Assembly (NCBI RefSeq): GCF_018977255.1
Contig: NW_024704742.1
Location: forward strand, 43,092,001 to 43,156,000
Reading direction: 5' to 3'
DNA length: 64,000 bases
Source: Callorhinchus milii
Lineage: Eukaryota
Shown piece by piece: positions 62,105-64,000 of this stretch. The notes under the pieces were generated by a model that saw only the letters and a program-made list of their open reading frames with translations, did no database searches and was not told the origin of the DNA. Made by a program: the position numbers and the translations under genes. Every line of letters begins with the position of its first letter. Positions within the stretch are counted from its first letter, which is position 1.

Positions 62105-62470
62105 GGTCACAAATTTATTTAACCCTTACAACTACATGCCAAAACCCTAATGAGTAGAGGGGTCCTGACTGCAAGTAGCAAGACGCTTGCCATAGTTCTG
62201 CGAATGGTAAACTATGTAGTTTTAGTTGATTAATCGCCAGCGATATCCCACCTCTGCAGTCCCCCATGGCTTGGCTATTACCAACCTGTGCCTGATATAC
62301 TTTGGGATTAGGTAAAGAGGGTACATCCTTCCAGAGAGAGAGTACGCATTCCTTTCCAGACACAGGGAAGATCAGAATGCAGGAATGAATAAAGTCTTTC
62401 AGTCAATCCACCTTCCCTTCATGTGAAGTTGGCATACATATGTGGAACGCTCAGTCTTGTTTGGATGATC
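62105..62470 (-). repeat. Ancient unclassified repeat family A, carrying a 56-bp insertion
   Basis: The reverse strand reads ATCCAAACAAGACTGAGCGTTCCACATATGTATGCC..[insert]..TACTCTCTCTCTGGAAGGATG..AGGCACAGGTTGG..AGCCAAG..TGGCAAGC. Confidence 0.75.
62368..62423 (+). repeat. 56-bp perfect direct repeat, copy 1
   Basis: AAGATCAGAATGCAGGAATGAATAAAGTCTTTCAGTCAATCCACCTTCCCTTCATG is identical to 63569-63624. Confidence 0.97.
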
Positions 62471-62479
62471 AGGAGAGTG

Positions 62480-62780
62480 TAAAAAGGTGTAAAACATTTT
62501 AAATGAGTTGGAAAAAGTAAATCCAGTTCAATACATAAGGCTGCGCCAAGGCAACATAGGTTTAAAGTTGTAAAGGGCAATTTCAAGACAGGAATTTTTT
62601 CTTTACACAGAGATTAATCAACAATTCAAACAAATTGTTAAGGTGGTTGAGACTCAGTTAAACAATAATTTGATGCTATAATGGGGGTGTGAGGGGAGGA
62701 GAGTGGGTGTTAGCATGAGTGTTCTGGAAGGATGAGATCAGATGGACTGAACATCCAAACCAATCCTGTGTGATTGTGTG
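62480..62780 (+). mobile_element. Decayed CR1 3' fragment
   Basis: AAGGGCAATTTCAAGACAGG..TTCTTTACACAGAG..GGTGGTTGAG..GGATGAGATCAGATGG; similar to 60960-61240. Confidence 0.6.
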
Positions 62781-63029
62781 ATAATGTCAAGCATGGTGAT
62801 GGCATTCAGCAAGTGTAAAAAATCTAGCTAACCAAAAAAAATGATCTGTGCTTCAAACCCTACATCTGGTCCATTCCTAACACCACCTTTGTCTATCTCT
62901 AGTGCCATTTTGTTTTTGTAGCACAATAAAGGTTTTCACACACTCTATTTTGGGTGAAAGGCAGAAACTGTCAGTAGACAATTAGTGTTGGTGGCTGTCT
63001 GATTCATTCAATTCCCTTGGGTATGTACC

Positions 63030-63510
63030 TAAGGCATCTGGTTTCCCCGATGGTCCAGTGAATCTGTGTATTCAATTTTGTTGGCAAACCACTGAAACCA
63101 CACACTTGCTTTGTCTGATTTCCCTGGTAGTCTATTAACAACGTCCGATTTCCTGGCAGTCCACCAGGTCTATGCATCTGTGCTTTCTGATTTCTTGAGG
63201 TAATCCTTTGGGTTCATGAATCCAAAATGTCCAATTTCTCTAAACTTCTGGTACATTTACAATTCTGATTGTGCTGGCAGTCTAGTGAATCTGGGAAACT
63301 ACACTGCCTTGTTAGTCTTGTGAGTCCGTGTGTTTATAGTATCCAATTTCCCTGGCAGCACATCTGATTTCCCTGGCACTCTACAGTAAATCTGCATGCC
63401 TGATTTCCCTGGCAATATTGTATGTTTATGTGTATGTGGCTGGGGTGTCTAATTTTCCTGGCAGTGGGCTGAACTCTCTCTCTACCATCCAATTTTTGTT
63501 GTAGTCTGGG
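63030..63510 (+). repeat. Degenerate minisatellite, core TCYRATTTCCCTGGCAG
   Basis: About 10 irregularly spaced variants, for example near 63113, 63144, 63341, 63362, 63399 and 63448. Confidence 0.75.
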
Positions 63511-63568
63511 GACACTGTCTCTCTTTATCTGTCGCTTACCTTTAATTTTGTTCAAAAGGCTTGATAAA

Positions 63569-63624
63569 AAGATCAGAATGCAGGAATGAATAAAGTCTTT
63601 CAGTCAATCCACCTTCCCTTCATG
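63569..63624 (+). repeat. 56-bp perfect direct repeat, copy 2
   Basis: Identical to 62368-62423. Confidence 0.97.
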
Positions 63625-63925
63625 GAACAATTTATTAAGGTTCAAATAGGAATGCACATAACCTGGAAAGGCTATTGCAATCTGTTCTACATTTTAAAAG
63701 ATATTAAGAAATAAAACAATGACTAAATAAATGATTCTACACTGTAGCTTTCAAATCCCTCAATTGAATTCTTAGCCAAATATTTATTTAATTCCTTCTC
63801 AAATTTATTGACACAATCTGTGTCCATTGGGTAGTCGAGTTCACACACTCTCTGTGTAAATAATTAAATCTGAAATTCCTTTCTCTCTTCTGTGTTCCCA
63901 TCCCTTGTTCTAGATTTTTGACATA

Positions 63926-64000
63926 CAGTTAAACCCTGTTATAAGCTGCTTCATTATCAAGCGGGATTTGCTTATCGCGCGGTTGTGGTTTGGACCCTGA
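63926..64000 (+). mobile_element. Terminus of a Tc1/mariner Tigger/pogo-type DNA element (runs off the window)
   Basis: TA target followed by CAGTTAAACCCTGTTATAAG..., with reiterated TTAT..GCG sub-terminal motifs and GCGGTTGTGGTTTGGACCC. Resembles MER82/Tigger termini as recalled. Confidence 0.65.

Noticed and set aside
63030..63510. CRISPR-like repeat-spacer array
   Set aside because: The repeats are short, degenerate and irregularly spaced, there are no cas genes, and the context is vertebrate.
1..64000. Remaining 60-120 aa ORFs in the six-frame track
   Set aside because: Most begin at non-ATG codons, overlap SINE/LINE remnants or have AT-rich noncoding composition. None shows a recognisable domain.

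Overview
This is AT-rich, CpG-depleted, repeat-dense vertebrate DNA. The repeat repertoire points to a cartilaginous fish, most likely a chimaera such as Callorhinchus milii (inference from recalled repeat families): a tRNA-Ala/Deu-domain SINE with an (ATT)n tail, older SacSINE1/AmnSINE-type DeuSINEs, and CR1 and L2 LINEs. No host protein-coding gene can be called with confidence, so the window reads as intergenic or a very long intron. The only recognisable protein-coding sequence is transposon-derived: a young 5'-truncated CR1 ORF2 (13.7-16.8 kb) split by a SINE, several L2 ORF2 fragments, and a probable decayed hAT transposase (24.2-25.1 kb). I found no convincing novel multi-gene system. 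The most notable observations are: a perfect 56-bp segment apparently copied into an old repeat from 1.2 kb away; an ancient ~600-bp repeat family I cannot name, with at least 8 copies; MER131-like SINEs; a palindromic MITE; a near-perfect 67-nt hairpin; a duplicated E-box-rich module; and covarying SINE/L2 3' hairpins. Boundaries of old repeats are approximate and were aligned by eye.
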